DNA of 64,000 bases from an uncultured Muribaculaceae bacterium (GCA_964533935.1 CAZHOG010000005.1:6402-70401), one strand, 5' to 3'. Counted from the first letter of the stretch, positions 1 to 9,045 are shown. Numbers and translations are program-made. The notes: generated by a model not told the origin, from the sequence alone.

Positions 1-1848
1 AAGTGCAGGTGCATCATTTACCCCGTCTCCCATGTATCCAACTGTATGACCATTATTTTTTAATGAAACTAACACTCTTTCTTTTTGCGATGGGTTTAAT
101 CTTGCAAAGACATCTATATTTTCAACAATTTTTCTTAATTCTTCATCAGTTAATTTATCTATTTCATCACCAATTAAGATGTTATCGGATTTTAATCCAA
201 CTAACTTACAAATACTTCTTGTTGCATATTGATTATCACCAGTTAATATTTTAATGTTAATTCCAATTTTTTTTAATTTGGATAATGTTTTCTTAACTCC
301 AGTTTTTGGAGGATCTAAGAAAGCTACGAATCCAATAAATGTCATGCTTGATTCATCATTCTTAGAAAAAATATTAATGCCTTTATATTCTTTTTTTTCA
401 GCAATAGCAATTACTTGCATTCCCATTTTTTCGAGTTCTTGGGCCTTTTTTTCAATAGTTTCAATATGCTTTTTATTTATTTTTATAGTTTTATTACCTT
501 CCAATACTTTATCACAAATCTTAAGAATTGATTCTAATGCACCTTTAGTAAGCATTCTATAATTGCTTTTTTGTTTAACAATAACGCTTGCAAGTCTTCT
601 ATTATAATCAAATGGTATTTCATCAATTTTTTCATAATTATTAATGATATTATTAATTTTATTTTCTTTAGCATATGATAGAATTGCACGATCAACTAAA
701 TTTTTAATTCCTGTACTAAAATAACTATTTAGATAAGCATATTCTAAAATATTTATATTTTCTTTTCCTGTAACATCAATATATTTCTGTAAGGTTATAT
801 GATACTCTGTTAAAGTTCCTGTTTTATCAGTGCATAAAATATCAATAGCACCTAAATTTTGGATTGCTTCAATTCTTTTTACTAATGTTTTCTTTTTTGC
901 CAGAACCTTACTTCCTTTAGTAAGATTTACATTAACTATCATAGGTAACATACTTGGCGTGATTCCAACGGCAACAGAAAGTGCAAATAGTAATGCTTCT
1001 TCGAAGTTATTTTTGATTAAGCCGTCAACTATTAAAACTATTGCACAAACTGTTATCATATAAATAATTAGCATTTTAGTGATTGATTTCATTCCTTTAT
1101 CAAAGTTTGTATCTATTTTTTTGTTATCAATACCTTGTCCTATATTTCCTAAATATGTATTCAATCCTGTATTAATTACTATTCCTTTGGCTTCACCGCT
1201 GATAACACTACAACCCATAAAACAAATATTTGCTAAATCATCTTTTGAATCTTTGATATTACAACTTTTTTCAACTGGGATACTTTCACCAGTAAAAATA
1301 GACTGATTTATAAAAAAATCTTTACTTTCAAATAAAATAATATCTGCTGGAATAATCGCACCAACTGAAAGGGTAACAACATCGCCAATTACAACATTAT
1401 CGGTTTTAATACATTTACTTTTTGAATCTCTAATAACATTAGCTTTGCTATATAATTTTTCTTTTAATTTTAAATTAAATTTGTATACAGAATAATCTTG
1501 AATAAATCTTATAAATGCGCTAATTAATGCAATAAATATAATAATAAAGGAACCCAATTTATCACCGAGAAGAAAATTAATGATTGCTAATATAAATAAT
1601 ACAATTATAAAAGAATCTTTTAACGAATTTAATAAAAATGTTATCCAAGATTTTCTTTTAGAGCTTACAACAACATTTAAACCATCTTCTTGTAATCTTT
1701 TTATGGCTTCAATTTCATTTAAACCATTTGTAGAAGTGCTTAATTTATTGACAATTGTTTCTATTGAATTATTGCTTATTTCTTTATATTTTAATAATTC
1801 ATTATCATTACTTTTATTGTTCATTTTTAAATCAAATAATTGAATCAT
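1..1848 (-). CDS. mgtA: Mg2+-transporting P-type ATPase (MgtA-like), C-terminus lies beyond the window start
   Basis: Reverse-strand translation from ATG at 1848 gives MIQLFDLKMNNKS..., followed by FTGESIPVEK, ITPSMLPMIVNVNLTKGSKVLAKKKTLVKRIEAIQNLGAIDILCTDKTGTLT, TGDN and MGDGVNDAPAL at the window edge. These are the P-type ATPase signature motifs, and the TPxMLPMIV...CTDKTGTLT context is typical of MgtA. Confidence 0.8.
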   Translation of the reverse strand, partial: MIQLFDLKMNNKSNDNELLKYKEISNNSIETIVNKLSTSTNGLNEIEAIKRLQEDGLNVVVSSKRKSWITFLLNSLKDSFIIVLFILAIINFLLGDKLGSFIIIFIALISAFIRFIQDYSVYKFNLKLKEKLYSKANVIRDSKSKCIKTDNVVIGDVVTLSVGAIIPADIILFESKDFFINQSIFTGESIPVEKSCNIKDSKDDLANICFMGCSVISGEAKGIVINTGLNTYLGNIGQGIDNKKIDTNFDKGMKSITKMLIIYMITVCAIVLIVDGLIKNNFEEALLFALSVAVGITPSMLPMIVNVNLTKGSKVLAKKKTLVKRIEAIQNLGAIDILCTDKTGTLTEYHITLQKYIDVTGKENINILEYAYLNSYFSTGIKNLVDRAILSYAKENKINNIINNYEKIDEIPFDYNRRLASVIVKQKSNYRMLTKGALESILKICDKVLEGNKTIKINKKHIETIEKKAQELEKMGMQVIAIAEKKEYKGINIFSKNDESSMTFIGFVAFLDPPKTGVKKTLSKLKKIGINIKILTGDNQYATRSICKLVGLKSDNILIGDEIDKLTDEELRKIVENIDVFARLNPSQKERVLVSLKNNGHTVGYMGDGVNDAPAL

Positions 1849-1872
1849 TTTTTATCATCTTCTATCATATGA

Positions 1873-1899
1873 ATTATATCACTTTTTTTATTAAGCAAT
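1873..1899 (-). promoter_or_regulatory. Putative sigma-A promoter for mgtA: extended -10 TGaTATAAT with a weak -35 TTGCTT
   Basis: On the minus strand, TGATATAAT is the reverse complement of 1873-1881 and TTGCTT is the reverse complement of 1894-1899. It lies in the 71-nt gap between the small upstream ORF and the mgtA start. Confidence 0.35.
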
Positions 1900-1919
1900 A
1901 AAAAAAATAAGTATATTAC

Positions 1920-2042
1920 TTATTTAGTTTTTTTATTATTTTTCTTTAAATACATTTTGTTGATATATTTTACTTTAACACCTTTTTCAAGACCAAAACA
2001 TTTTTTTACGCCTTCAGGTAAATTCTTTTTTAAAACTTTCAT
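1920..2042 (-). CDS. Small lysine-rich hypothetical protein (40 aa) directly upstream of mgtA on the same strand
   Basis: A consensus GGAGG RBS (reverse complement of 2049-2053) sits 6 nt from the ATG at 2042. Translation is MKVLKKNLPEGVKKCFGLEKGVKVKYINKMYLKKNNKKTK followed by TAA. It is absent from the ORF track because it is under 60 aa. Confidence 0.35.
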   Translation of the reverse strand: MKVLKKNLPEGVKKCFGLEKGVKVKYINKMYLKKNNKKTK

Positions 2043-2179
2043 AATAATCCTCCAAATCTCGTAATTTCCTATGTATTATATCATAAAATATATAAAAGAA
2101 TAAATAAATATTAAAAAAATTGATAAACTGTGAAGAAATTATAGCCAATTTCAAAAAATAGTGCTATAGTTTACTTATA

Positions 2180-2216
2180 AGCAGTATTAATTTATTTAAT
2201 ACTGCTATTTTTTTTC
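2180..2216 (+). terminator. Orphan rho-independent terminator-like hairpin just upstream of the RBS of the 2229 gene
   Basis: A perfect 10-bp stem AGCAGTATTA / TAATACTGCT with a 7-nt loop is followed by ATTTTTTTT. No + strand gene precedes it. Confidence 0.3.
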
Positions 2217-2228
2217 TAGGGAGGATTT

Positions 2229-2819
2229 ATGGATATATTTTTTTGTGATATTCGTGGTACATACACAGGCAGTGAAATATTTAGAGAAGATTCTATAAAG
2301 ACTTTTATTGAATTGTTATTAAAGTCTTTAGATCAAGATAATTCTTCTAAATTATATTTTTCGTTTGTTTCGTCAGAGAATTCAGAAACATTAAAAAAGT
2401 ATATTAGTGAATTTAAGAAAGCATTAATTGAAATGAATTGTGAAGATATTATTTATTTAGGAAAATGTTATTCTTTGGATGAAATCGTTCATGAGGATTT
2501 ATCAACAGAAGCTTATTTAACTGGTAAAACAGCTCAAATTATTAATCATCTTGTTGATAGTGAAGTAGTTAAAAATATTTATATTGCTGATGATACTTTG
2601 TTATTTCATAATATGATTAGCAAATTATTAAATATTACTTTAACAAATTCAAAGAAAAGTAACAAAATAATTCACATGATTCCAGGGTTAGAAAATACTT
2701 CTAAAATTAAAATACATAGTGCTTCACAATATTTTTATTCAGAAGAAAGAGGAATAAACGGCCTTAATAAATGCATTTTAAATAAAATAGAAAATCAAAA
2801 AAAATTAGTATTAAAATAA
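2229..2819 (+). CDS. Hypothetical protein (196 aa); its N-terminus CDIRGTY is faintly like a degenerate HAD DxDGT motif
   Basis: GGAGG RBS at 2219-2223 and ATG at 2229, with a clean ORF. No confident family assignment. Confidence 0.5.
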   Translation: MDIFFCDIRGTYTGSEIFREDSIKTFIELLLKSLDQDNSSKLYFSFVSSENSETLKKYISEFKKALIEMNCEDIIYLGKCYSLDEIVHEDLSTEAYLTGKTAQIINHLVDSEVVKNIYIADDTLLFHNMISKLLNITLTNSKKSNKIIHMIPGLENTSKIKIHSASQYFYSEERGINGLNKCILNKIENQKKLVLK

Positions 2820-2880
2820 ACAATTAATTGTTTATTTTTATTTTAGTGATATAATTCATATTAAAAAAGAGGTGTATTTT

Positions 2881-3606
2881 ATGAAAAAAATCGCAATTAT
2901 TACTGGTGCAAGTAGTGAACTTGGGAAAAGTATTGCTCTAAAATTTTATAATAATAATTATTATTTAATCTTATTATATAATAATTCATATGATTCAATT
3001 TGTGATTTGACTAATAAAATTAACAATGAATGCAAAAGTTATAAATGTGACTTTAATAATATAAAAGAATTAAATAATACTTTAGAAAGTATAAAATCAG
3101 AATATAAAGAGATAGATGTATTAGTAAATTGTGCTGCTTATTGTAATGATTGTTCTTTTGAAGAAAAAAGTATTCAAGAGTTTCAAAAAATATTAAACAT
3201 TAATTTAATTGCACCTTTTTATATCTCTAAAGAAATTGGACTAACAATGTTTGAAAATAAAAGTGGAAAAATCATAAATATTGCTTCCACAAATGGTATT
3301 GATACAAATTATGTTGAAAGTCTTGATTATGATGCATCAAAAGCAGGTTTAATAAATTTGGCAAAAAATTTAGCAAAACAATTTGCTCCATATATAAATG
3401 TTAACTGTGTTGCTCCTGGCTGGATTAATAATAGTACAACAAAAAATATGGAAAAAGTTTTTTTTGAAGAAGAAAAAAATAAAATATTATTAAAAAGATT
3501 TGCAGAACCCGAAGAAATTGCTAATGTGGTTTATTTTTTAGCAACAGAAGATGCAAAATATATTAATGGACAGACTATAAGAGTAGATGGTGGAATTAAC
3601 AATTAA
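2881..3606 (+). CDS. SDR family NAD(P)-dependent oxidoreductase (3-oxoacyl-ACP reductase-like)
   Basis: MKKIAIITGASSELGKSIALKF matches the TGxxxGxG Rossmann motif. YDASKAGL matches the catalytic YxxxK. NCVAPGWI is also present. RBS AAGAGGTG. Confidence 0.8.
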   Translation: MKKIAIITGASSELGKSIALKFYNNNYYLILLYNNSYDSICDLTNKINNECKSYKCDFNNIKELNNTLESIKSEYKEIDVLVNCAAYCNDCSFEEKSIQEFQKILNINLIAPFYISKEIGLTMFENKSGKIINIASTNGIDTNYVESLDYDASKAGLINLAKNLAKQFAPYINVNCVAPGWINNSTTKNMEKVFFEEEKNKILLKRFAEPEEIANVVYFLATEDAKYINGQTIRVDGGINN

Positions 3607-3621
3607 AAAGGAGTAAGAAAG

Positions 3622-4848
3622 ATGGATGTTGAAAAAATAATAAATGATTCTGAAAAAGAATTAAAAGATATATTTCAAAATTTAGATGAAAATGAGTATT
3701 ATTTTAGCAAAAGAGTATTAAATGCATTTTGGAATAATAGAGTTAGTGAATCTTGCTTTAATTCAACAACAGGTTACGGATATGATGATTTAGGAAGAGA
3801 TACAATTGAAAAAGTTTTTGCTGAAGTTTTAGGAGCAGAAGATGCATTAGTTAGAAATCAATTTATTTCTGGAAGCCATGCTTTAAACGTTTGTTTCTTT
3901 GCCTTATTAAGACCAAACGATTTATTATTAAGTATAAGTGGTACTCCATATGATACGTTGCATGAAGTAATTGGAATAAAAAAAAATAATAGTTCTTTAA
4001 GTTCTTTTGGAATAAAATATGATGAGATTGATTTATTGAATGATGATTTTGATTATGAAAAAATAGGTGAATATTTAAAAAACAACAAAGTTAAAGTAGT
4101 AGAGATTCAAAGAAGTAAAGGCTATTCAACAAGAAAAAGTATTTCTATTGATAAGATAAAAGAAGTATCAACATTTATCCACAATATAAATAAAGATATT
4201 ATTATTATGGTTGATAATTGTTATTGTGAATTTGTAGAAAAAAGTAGTCCACTAGAAGTTGGATGTGACATTATGGTCGGCTCTTTAATTAAAAATCTTG
4301 GCTCAGGAATTGCTCCTAATGGTGCATATATTGCTGGAAGAAAAGATTTAATAGATCTAGCAGGAGAAAGATTAACACTTCCAGGTGAAGGAAGAGAAGT
4401 TGGACCTAGTTTAGGAATAAACAAAAGTATTTTACAAGGATTATATTTTGCTCCATCAGTTGTTAATTCTAGTTTAAAAATGGCAATATTAACATCAAAA
4501 GTTATGGAAACAATTGGTTTTAAAGTTGAACCATTAGCAAATGAAAAAAGAGTTGATATTGTCCAAAATATTATATTTAATGATCAAGAAAAATTAATTA
4601 AGTATTGCCAAGGTATTCAAAGTGCATCACCAATTGATTCATTTGCTTTACCTATGCCTTGGGATATGCCAGGTTATGATAATCAAGTTATAATGGCTGC
4701 TGGAACATTTAATCAAGGTTCATCAATTGAACTTTCTTGTGATGGACCCCTTAGAGAACCATATATTGCTTATCAACAAGGATCTCTTTCTTACAGTTAT
4801 GGTAAAATTGCTTTGACAAAGGCAATTAAATATTTATTAGAAAAGTAA
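3622..4848 (+). CDS. YnbB / aluminium-resistance family PLP-dependent protein (methionine gamma-lyase-like fold)
   Basis: 408 aa. Conserved blocks FNSTTGYGYDDLGRD, SGSHALNVCFFALLRP and GSLIKNLG are typical of the YnbB family. RBS AAAGGAG. Confidence 0.6.
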   Translation: MDVEKIINDSEKELKDIFQNLDENEYYFSKRVLNAFWNNRVSESCFNSTTGYGYDDLGRDTIEKVFAEVLGAEDALVRNQFISGSHALNVCFFALLRPNDLLLSISGTPYDTLHEVIGIKKNNSSLSSFGIKYDEIDLLNDDFDYEKIGEYLKNNKVKVVEIQRSKGYSTRKSISIDKIKEVSTFIHNINKDIIIMVDNCYCEFVEKSSPLEVGCDIMVGSLIKNLGSGIAPNGAYIAGRKDLIDLAGERLTLPGEGREVGPSLGINKSILQGLYFAPSVVNSSLKMAILTSKVMETIGFKVEPLANEKRVDIVQNIIFNDQEKLIKYCQGIQSASPIDSFALPMPWDMPGYDNQVIMAAGTFNQGSSIELSCDGPLREPYIAYQQGSLSYSYGKIALTKAIKYLLEK

Positions 4849-4868
4849 TTGCTTTTCTTTTTTTTATT

Positions 4869-4905
4869 TGGTAGAATATCCTAAATGCAAAAAAATTGCA
4901 TTTAG
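4869..4905 (+). promoter_or_regulatory. Extended -10 promoter (TGgTAGAAT) with an overlapping perfect 9-bp inverted repeat, a candidate metalloregulator operator
   Basis: The extended -10 is tggTAGAAT at 4869-4877. CTAAATGCA-aaaaaat-TGCATTTAG at 4881-4905 lies across the predicted transcription start. It is not followed by a T-run, so it is not a terminator. It ends at the GGAGG RBS of the permease. Confidence 0.4.
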
Positions 4906-4914
4906 GAGGAAAAC

Positions 4915-5760
4915 ATGAAAGATATTCTATTAGATACATTAATTGATTCAGTAAAATTGGTACCATTTTTATTTATTACATTTTTACTTATGGAATTGAT
5001 TGAACATAAATTATCGAAAAAGAGTGAAAAAACAATTGAAAAAGCCGGAAAATTCGGACCAATAATAGGTTCCTTATTGGGGGCTATTCCACAATGTGGA
5101 TTCTCTGTTGCAGCAACAAATTTCTTTTCTGCTAGAATAGTTTCAATGGGAACTCTAGTTGCAATATATTTGTCAACATCTGATGAAATGATTCCAATCT
5201 TAATTTCAGAAAAAGCAAATGTAATACTCATTTTAAAAATAATTGCCTTGAAAATAATTATAGGAATGGCTATAGGTTTATTAATTGATTTTATATTTAA
5301 TAAAAGAGTTAACAAAAACAATAAAATTCATGATTTATGTGAAGAAGAAAATTGTGGCTGTAAAAATCATTTATTAATTTCTGTAATAAAACATACTTGG
5401 AATATTATTATATTTATTGCTTTGATTAGTTTTGTTTTAAATTCCTTATTTTATTTTATTGGAGAAGATAATCTTTCAAAATATTTATTAAAAAATAGTA
5501 TTTTTGAACCATTTATTACAAGTTTAATTGGTTTAATACCAAATTGTGGTGCAAGCGTAGTAATAACGGAATTGTATTTAAAAAGTACTATTTCATTTGG
5601 TGCTTTAATTTCAGGTTTATTAACTGGAAGCGGAGTTGCTTTGATGGTATTATTTAAGGAAAACAAAAATCTTAAAGAAAACCTTTGTATCTTAGGTATT
5701 ATATATTTAGTAGGATCTATATTTGGAATTATTCTAAATTTAATAGGAGTTGCATTTTAA
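4915..5760 (+). CDS. Putative heavy-metal exporter permease (ArsP_2 / 10-TM family)
   Basis: DTLIDSVKLVPFLF...GAIPQCGFSVAATNFF...STSDEMIPIL and a second half with IPNCGASVV show the internal duplication typical of the ArsP-like permease family. RBS AGGAGG. Confidence 0.6.
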   Translation: MKDILLDTLIDSVKLVPFLFITFLLMELIEHKLSKKSEKTIEKAGKFGPIIGSLLGAIPQCGFSVAATNFFSARIVSMGTLVAIYLSTSDEMIPILISEKANVILILKIIALKIIIGMAIGLLIDFIFNKRVNKNNKIHDLCEEENCGCKNHLLISVIKHTWNIIIFIALISFVLNSLFYFIGEDNLSKYLLKNSIFEPFITSLIGLIPNCGASVVITELYLKSTISFGALISGLLTGSGVALMVLFKENKNLKENLCILGIIYLVGSIFGIILNLIGVAF

Positions 5761-6161
5761 TGAATATTGATATTTTTAAAAGATTTAATATAAAAAAAAC
5801 TAAACAAAGAGAAGCGATTTATGCTATAATAGCAAACACTGAAAAAGATATGTCTTTAAAAGATATTATTAGTCAGGCTAAAGATATCAATAATTCAACT
5901 GTTTATAGAATTATTGATTTGTTTGTAGAAAAAAAAATAATTTTTAAAAGAATTAGTTCTAAAAATGAAATTTTTTATGAAGTAAATTCATTGGAAGATA
6001 AGCATTATATTAAATGTGTTAAATGCCATAAAAAAGAAGAAATAGAAATGTGTCCTATTTCAGATATTGATTTAAAAGGTTTTAAAATTATAAATCATGA
6101 TATAGAAATAAATGGTATATGTAATGATTGTTATTCGGAGGGGAAAAATGGAAAATTATAG
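5760..6161 (+). CDS. Fur-family metal-responsive transcriptional regulator (Fur/Zur/PerR-like)
   Basis: TKQREAIYAIIANTEKDMSLKDI is the N-terminal winged HTH. KHYIKCVKCHKK...CNDCY supplies the structural-Zn CxxC pairs. The start overlaps the permease stop, consistent with an operon. Confidence 0.7.
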   Translation: MNIDIFKRFNIKKTKQREAIYAIIANTEKDMSLKDIISQAKDINNSTVYRIIDLFVEKKIIFKRISSKNEIFYEVNSLEDKHYIKCVKCHKKEEIEMCPISDIDLKGFKIINHDIEINGICNDCYSEGKNGKL

Positions 6162-6885
6162 AGTTCAAATAGTAATGGAAAATGATAAAATAAATTTTTC
6201 AGAAAGTATTATAAAAAACAAGAAATTATTAGGTATTGAACCTGATAATACCACTTTTTTGCTAAATGGATTGCAAGAAAAAAAGAATATTAATAAGTGG
6301 CGTAAAGAATTAATAAAAATTCCCACTGATGTGATGAAAGGATTTTTTGATTTTTTTGCACAAGCAGTAAATATAAATGATGATATTAATAAAGATATTA
6401 TTACAAAATTTAATGAAATATCAAATGAGTCATTAGATAATAATGAACTTACAAATATTTTTTATATTATAAAATATATAATAGTTGAATATTTTCAAAT
6501 AATTAATCGGGTAATAGCAATAGAACCTCAAGCTATTAATAATGAAGCTAATAATAATATAAAGATATTAAATTATCATATTGAAAAAATTGATAAAAAA
6601 GTAGAACAAACAAATCAAGGAATTAATAAAGATATATTAAGAATAAAAGTATTATTTAATAATAAGTATTCTGATTTATATGATTTTGATTTAATAAATG
6701 AACTTGCTGATTATTTATTTGATAAGTTAAATCAAAATTATATTAAGAGATTGTATTTTATAAAATCTATATTGAATAAAAAATTGAATCAAAATGAATC
6801 AGAATACTTTAGTTCAAAGATAGTAATTAATAAAATAAATAAAGTTAAAGAAGAACAAGAAATGCATTTGATTAAAAGAAAATAA
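6148..6885 (+). CDS. Hypothetical protein (245 aa), Asn/Lys/Ile-rich, no recognisable domain
   Basis: RBS GGAGGGG with ATG at 6148. The ORF-track start at 6112 is probably too far upstream. Confidence 0.5.
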   Translation: MENYRVQIVMENDKINFSESIIKNKKLLGIEPDNTTFLLNGLQEKKNINKWRKELIKIPTDVMKGFFDFFAQAVNINDDINKDIITKFNEISNESLDNNELTNIFYIIKYIIVEYFQIINRVIAIEPQAINNEANNNIKILNYHIEKIDKKVEQTNQGINKDILRIKVLFNNKYSDLYDFDLINELADYLFDKLNQNYIKRLYFIKSILNKKLNQNESEYFSSKIVINKINKVKEEQEMHLIKRK

Positions 6886-6936
6886 GAGCAAAATAATTAA
6901 TTATATGATAAAATCAAAAAAGAGGGCGTGGTTAAA

Positions 6937-7548
6937 TTGAATAGTTTTATGTTTTATGATAGAAATTTTACATATGTATATAATAAGGATAATGAATATG
7001 TTTTTTCATATAAGTTAAAAAATATATATTTTGATAATAGAATTTTAAAAATAAATATGGATGAAAATAAAAAAATATTGGGAATAAAAATAATTGATTT
7101 TTTACCAAATAATGCAAAATCTGTTGTTACTGTTGATCGTTTGGAAAATAATTATTTTGATATAAAATCATATTCTAATTTATATGAAGAAATTATTATA
7201 GATGATGAATTCCATTATAAAGATATGAATGTTAAATGTCATACAATGATAGATGAAAACATGAATAAAGATTTTTTTGAAGTTGAATTGAGAAAAAATG
7301 GTAGTAAAAAAATAATTAAATTATTACAAGATAAACAATTAAATTATATTTATTTTGATGCTAAAGAATTGAGAGAAAAAGCGGATCACATTTCAATAGA
7401 TTCTTTAGATAATTTTAGAATTATATCAAAATCTATTCAGTGGATTGATGTTTTTTCAAATTTTGCAGTTAATGCATTTAAAAATTTACAAAGTCAAATT
7501 GATGAAGTAGATATAGATGAAATGAAATTAGAACGTAAGAACAGTTAA
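6937..7548 (+). CDS. Hypothetical protein (about 203 aa)
   Basis: Open frame from 6928. The RBS AGAGGG at 6921-6926 favours the TTG at 6937 as start. No family recognised. Confidence 0.45.
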   Translation: MNSFMFYDRNFTYVYNKDNEYVFSYKLKNIYFDNRILKINMDENKKILGIKIIDFLPNNAKSVVTVDRLENNYFDIKSYSNLYEEIIIDDEFHYKDMNVKCHTMIDENMNKDFFEVELRKNGSKKIIKLLQDKQLNYIYFDAKELREKADHISIDSLDNFRIISKSIQWIDVFSNFAVNAFKNLQSQIDEVDIDEMKLERKNS

Positions 7549-7642
7549 ATAACTGTTTTTTTATTTTGAAAAATTAAAATATTGTTAAAATATTGTTTTT
7601 GATTTTTAAATTTGATATAATTCTTTTTGAGGAGGAAGTAAA

Positions 7643-8437
7643 ATGAAAAAGATTAAATATTTATTATTAACATTGGCTATGTTAATTATAATCCCATTTA
7701 ATACACAAGCTGCTTCAAAAGAACCAATAAATGTTCATATTTTTAGAGGAGAAGGATGCGGATATTGTGCTGCAGCATTAGAATTTTTTGATAGTATTGA
7801 AGACGAATATGGTCAATATTTTAACTTAGTAGAGCATGAAGTATGGAATGATACTGATAATGCTACATTAATGACAGAAGTTGCTTCATATTTTGGTGAA
7901 ACTGTTAATGGTGTTCCATATATTGTTATTGGAGAAAAAACTTTCCAAGGATATACTGAAAGCTATAATGAAGAAATTAAAACTGCAATTAAAAATTCTT
8001 ACGAAAGTGGAAATTTTGTAGATGTAGTTGAACAAGTTCAAGGAGGAGCTACTTCTGGAACAAAATCTTCAAAAAATGATAAAGATAGTAATACAACTTC
8101 TATTATAATTATTGGAGCTGCTTTAGTTGGTTTCGCTGCATTAGTATATTTTGCAAGAGACACTAAAGATGAAGATGAAGAAATCATTGAAGAAGTTAAA
8201 GAAGAAAAAGTTATTGTTGAAGAACCTAAAAAAGTTGTTTCTAAAACAACTTCTAAAAATACAACAACTAAAAAATCTACACCTGCTGCAAAATCTACTT
8301 CAACAGCTGCTAAAAAAACAACTACAACTACTAAAAAAACAACTAGTAGTAATGTTAAAAAGTCAAATACAACAAAGAAAACTACAACTCCAAAAAAGAC
8401 TACTACAGCAAAAAAAACTACAACAACTAAAAAATAA
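7643..8437 (+). CDS. Secreted and anchored thioredoxin-fold protein (CGYC active site) with a C-terminal TM helix and a Thr/Lys-rich tail
   Basis: Signal peptide MKKIKYLLLTLAMLIIIPFNTQA, then a FRGEGCGYCAAALEFF thioredoxin/glutaredoxin-like CxxC. A TM helix IIIIGAALVGFAALVYFA is followed by an acidic stretch and KKTTTT(K) repeats. RBS GGAGG. Confidence 0.65.
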   Translation: MKKIKYLLLTLAMLIIIPFNTQAASKEPINVHIFRGEGCGYCAAALEFFDSIEDEYGQYFNLVEHEVWNDTDNATLMTEVASYFGETVNGVPYIVIGEKTFQGYTESYNEEIKTAIKNSYESGNFVDVVEQVQGGATSGTKSSKNDKDSNTTSIIIIGAALVGFAALVYFARDTKDEDEEIIEEVKEEKVIVEEPKKVVSKTTSKNTTTKKSTPAAKSTSTAAKKTTTTTKKTTSSNVKKSNTTKKTTTPKKTTTAKKTTTTKK

Positions 8438-8451
8438 CAATCATTTGATTG

Positions 8452-9045
8452 TTATTTTTTTAATGTGTTATATAAGTCTATTCCTGCACATATTATCATC
8501 CAAACACCTAATATTGTAAGTATAATGTTTTGAAAAAATATTGTATATAATCCCATTATAATAACTATAACTGCTTCAATTATATTTAAATTGGCAGTTT
8601 TTTTATCAATTAAGTAAAGATTTGAAATGCCAATTAATTTTGTAATTCCTGTAATTAGTAACCATATTCCGATAATTAAATTTAAGAAGGTTTGAATAAT
8701 ACTAGAAAGCAATATTATTAATAAGCCAATAGCTATGGCAATAATGCCGGTATTTAACGCGATTGTATTTTCAATTTTTAATTGATTTTTTAATTGAACA
8801 TATTTAATAATATTATATATTCCAAATCCTGTAATAAATGCTCCAATAATATAACAAGCATATATAATTACTGTATTTGAATTGGTAAGAAATATTACAC
8901 CTATCAATCCCATTAATATAGGAGAAATAAAATTTTTATTTTTACTAAATTCTTCTTTAAATTTCTTTCCATCATATTGTTTCTTTTTTGATTTAGGCTT
9001 AATTATTTCAACATCTTTTTCTTCAATCGTTTTTATAAAAATCAC
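8452..9045 (-). CDS. HdeD/DUF308-like polytopic membrane protein
   Basis: 197 aa with repeated hydrophobic helices (GLIGVIFL..., GAFITGFGIYNI..., IAIGLLIILL..., GIWLLITGI..., GVWMIICAGIDL) as in the HdeD family. Confidence 0.45.
   Translation of the reverse strand: MIFIKTIEEKDVEIIKPKSKKKQYDGKKFKEEFSKNKNFISPILMGLIGVIFLTNSNTVIIYACYIIGAFITGFGIYNIIKYVQLKNQLKIENTIALNTGIIAIAIGLLIILLSSIIQTFLNLIIGIWLLITGITKLIGISNLYLIDKKTANLNIIEAVIVIIMGLYTIFFQNIILTILGVWMIICAGIDLYNTLKK

Noticed and set aside
3-1843. Five + strand ORFs in the track (3-254, 254-562, 830-1063, 1079-1306, 1580-1843)
   Set aside because: All lie antisense within the minus-strand mgtA-type P-type ATPase, whose translation shows continuous canonical motifs. 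The + strand ORFs are low-complexity F/I/L-rich artefacts of AT-rich DNA.
4221-5666. Minus-strand ORFs 4221-4424, 4902-5321 and 5451-5666
   Set aside because: They are embedded antisense in the confidently assigned YnbB-like and permease genes.
8200-8430. Short direct repeats (aaaaaaactacaact...) that could resemble a CRISPR or tandem array
   Set aside because: They are in-frame coding repeats (KKTTTT) with irregular units and no spacer structure. They are not a CRISPR array.
8151-8519. 122-aa K/L/Q-rich ORF
   Set aside because: It is an out-of-frame reading of the Thr/Lys repeat tail of the thioredoxin-like gene and has no RBS.
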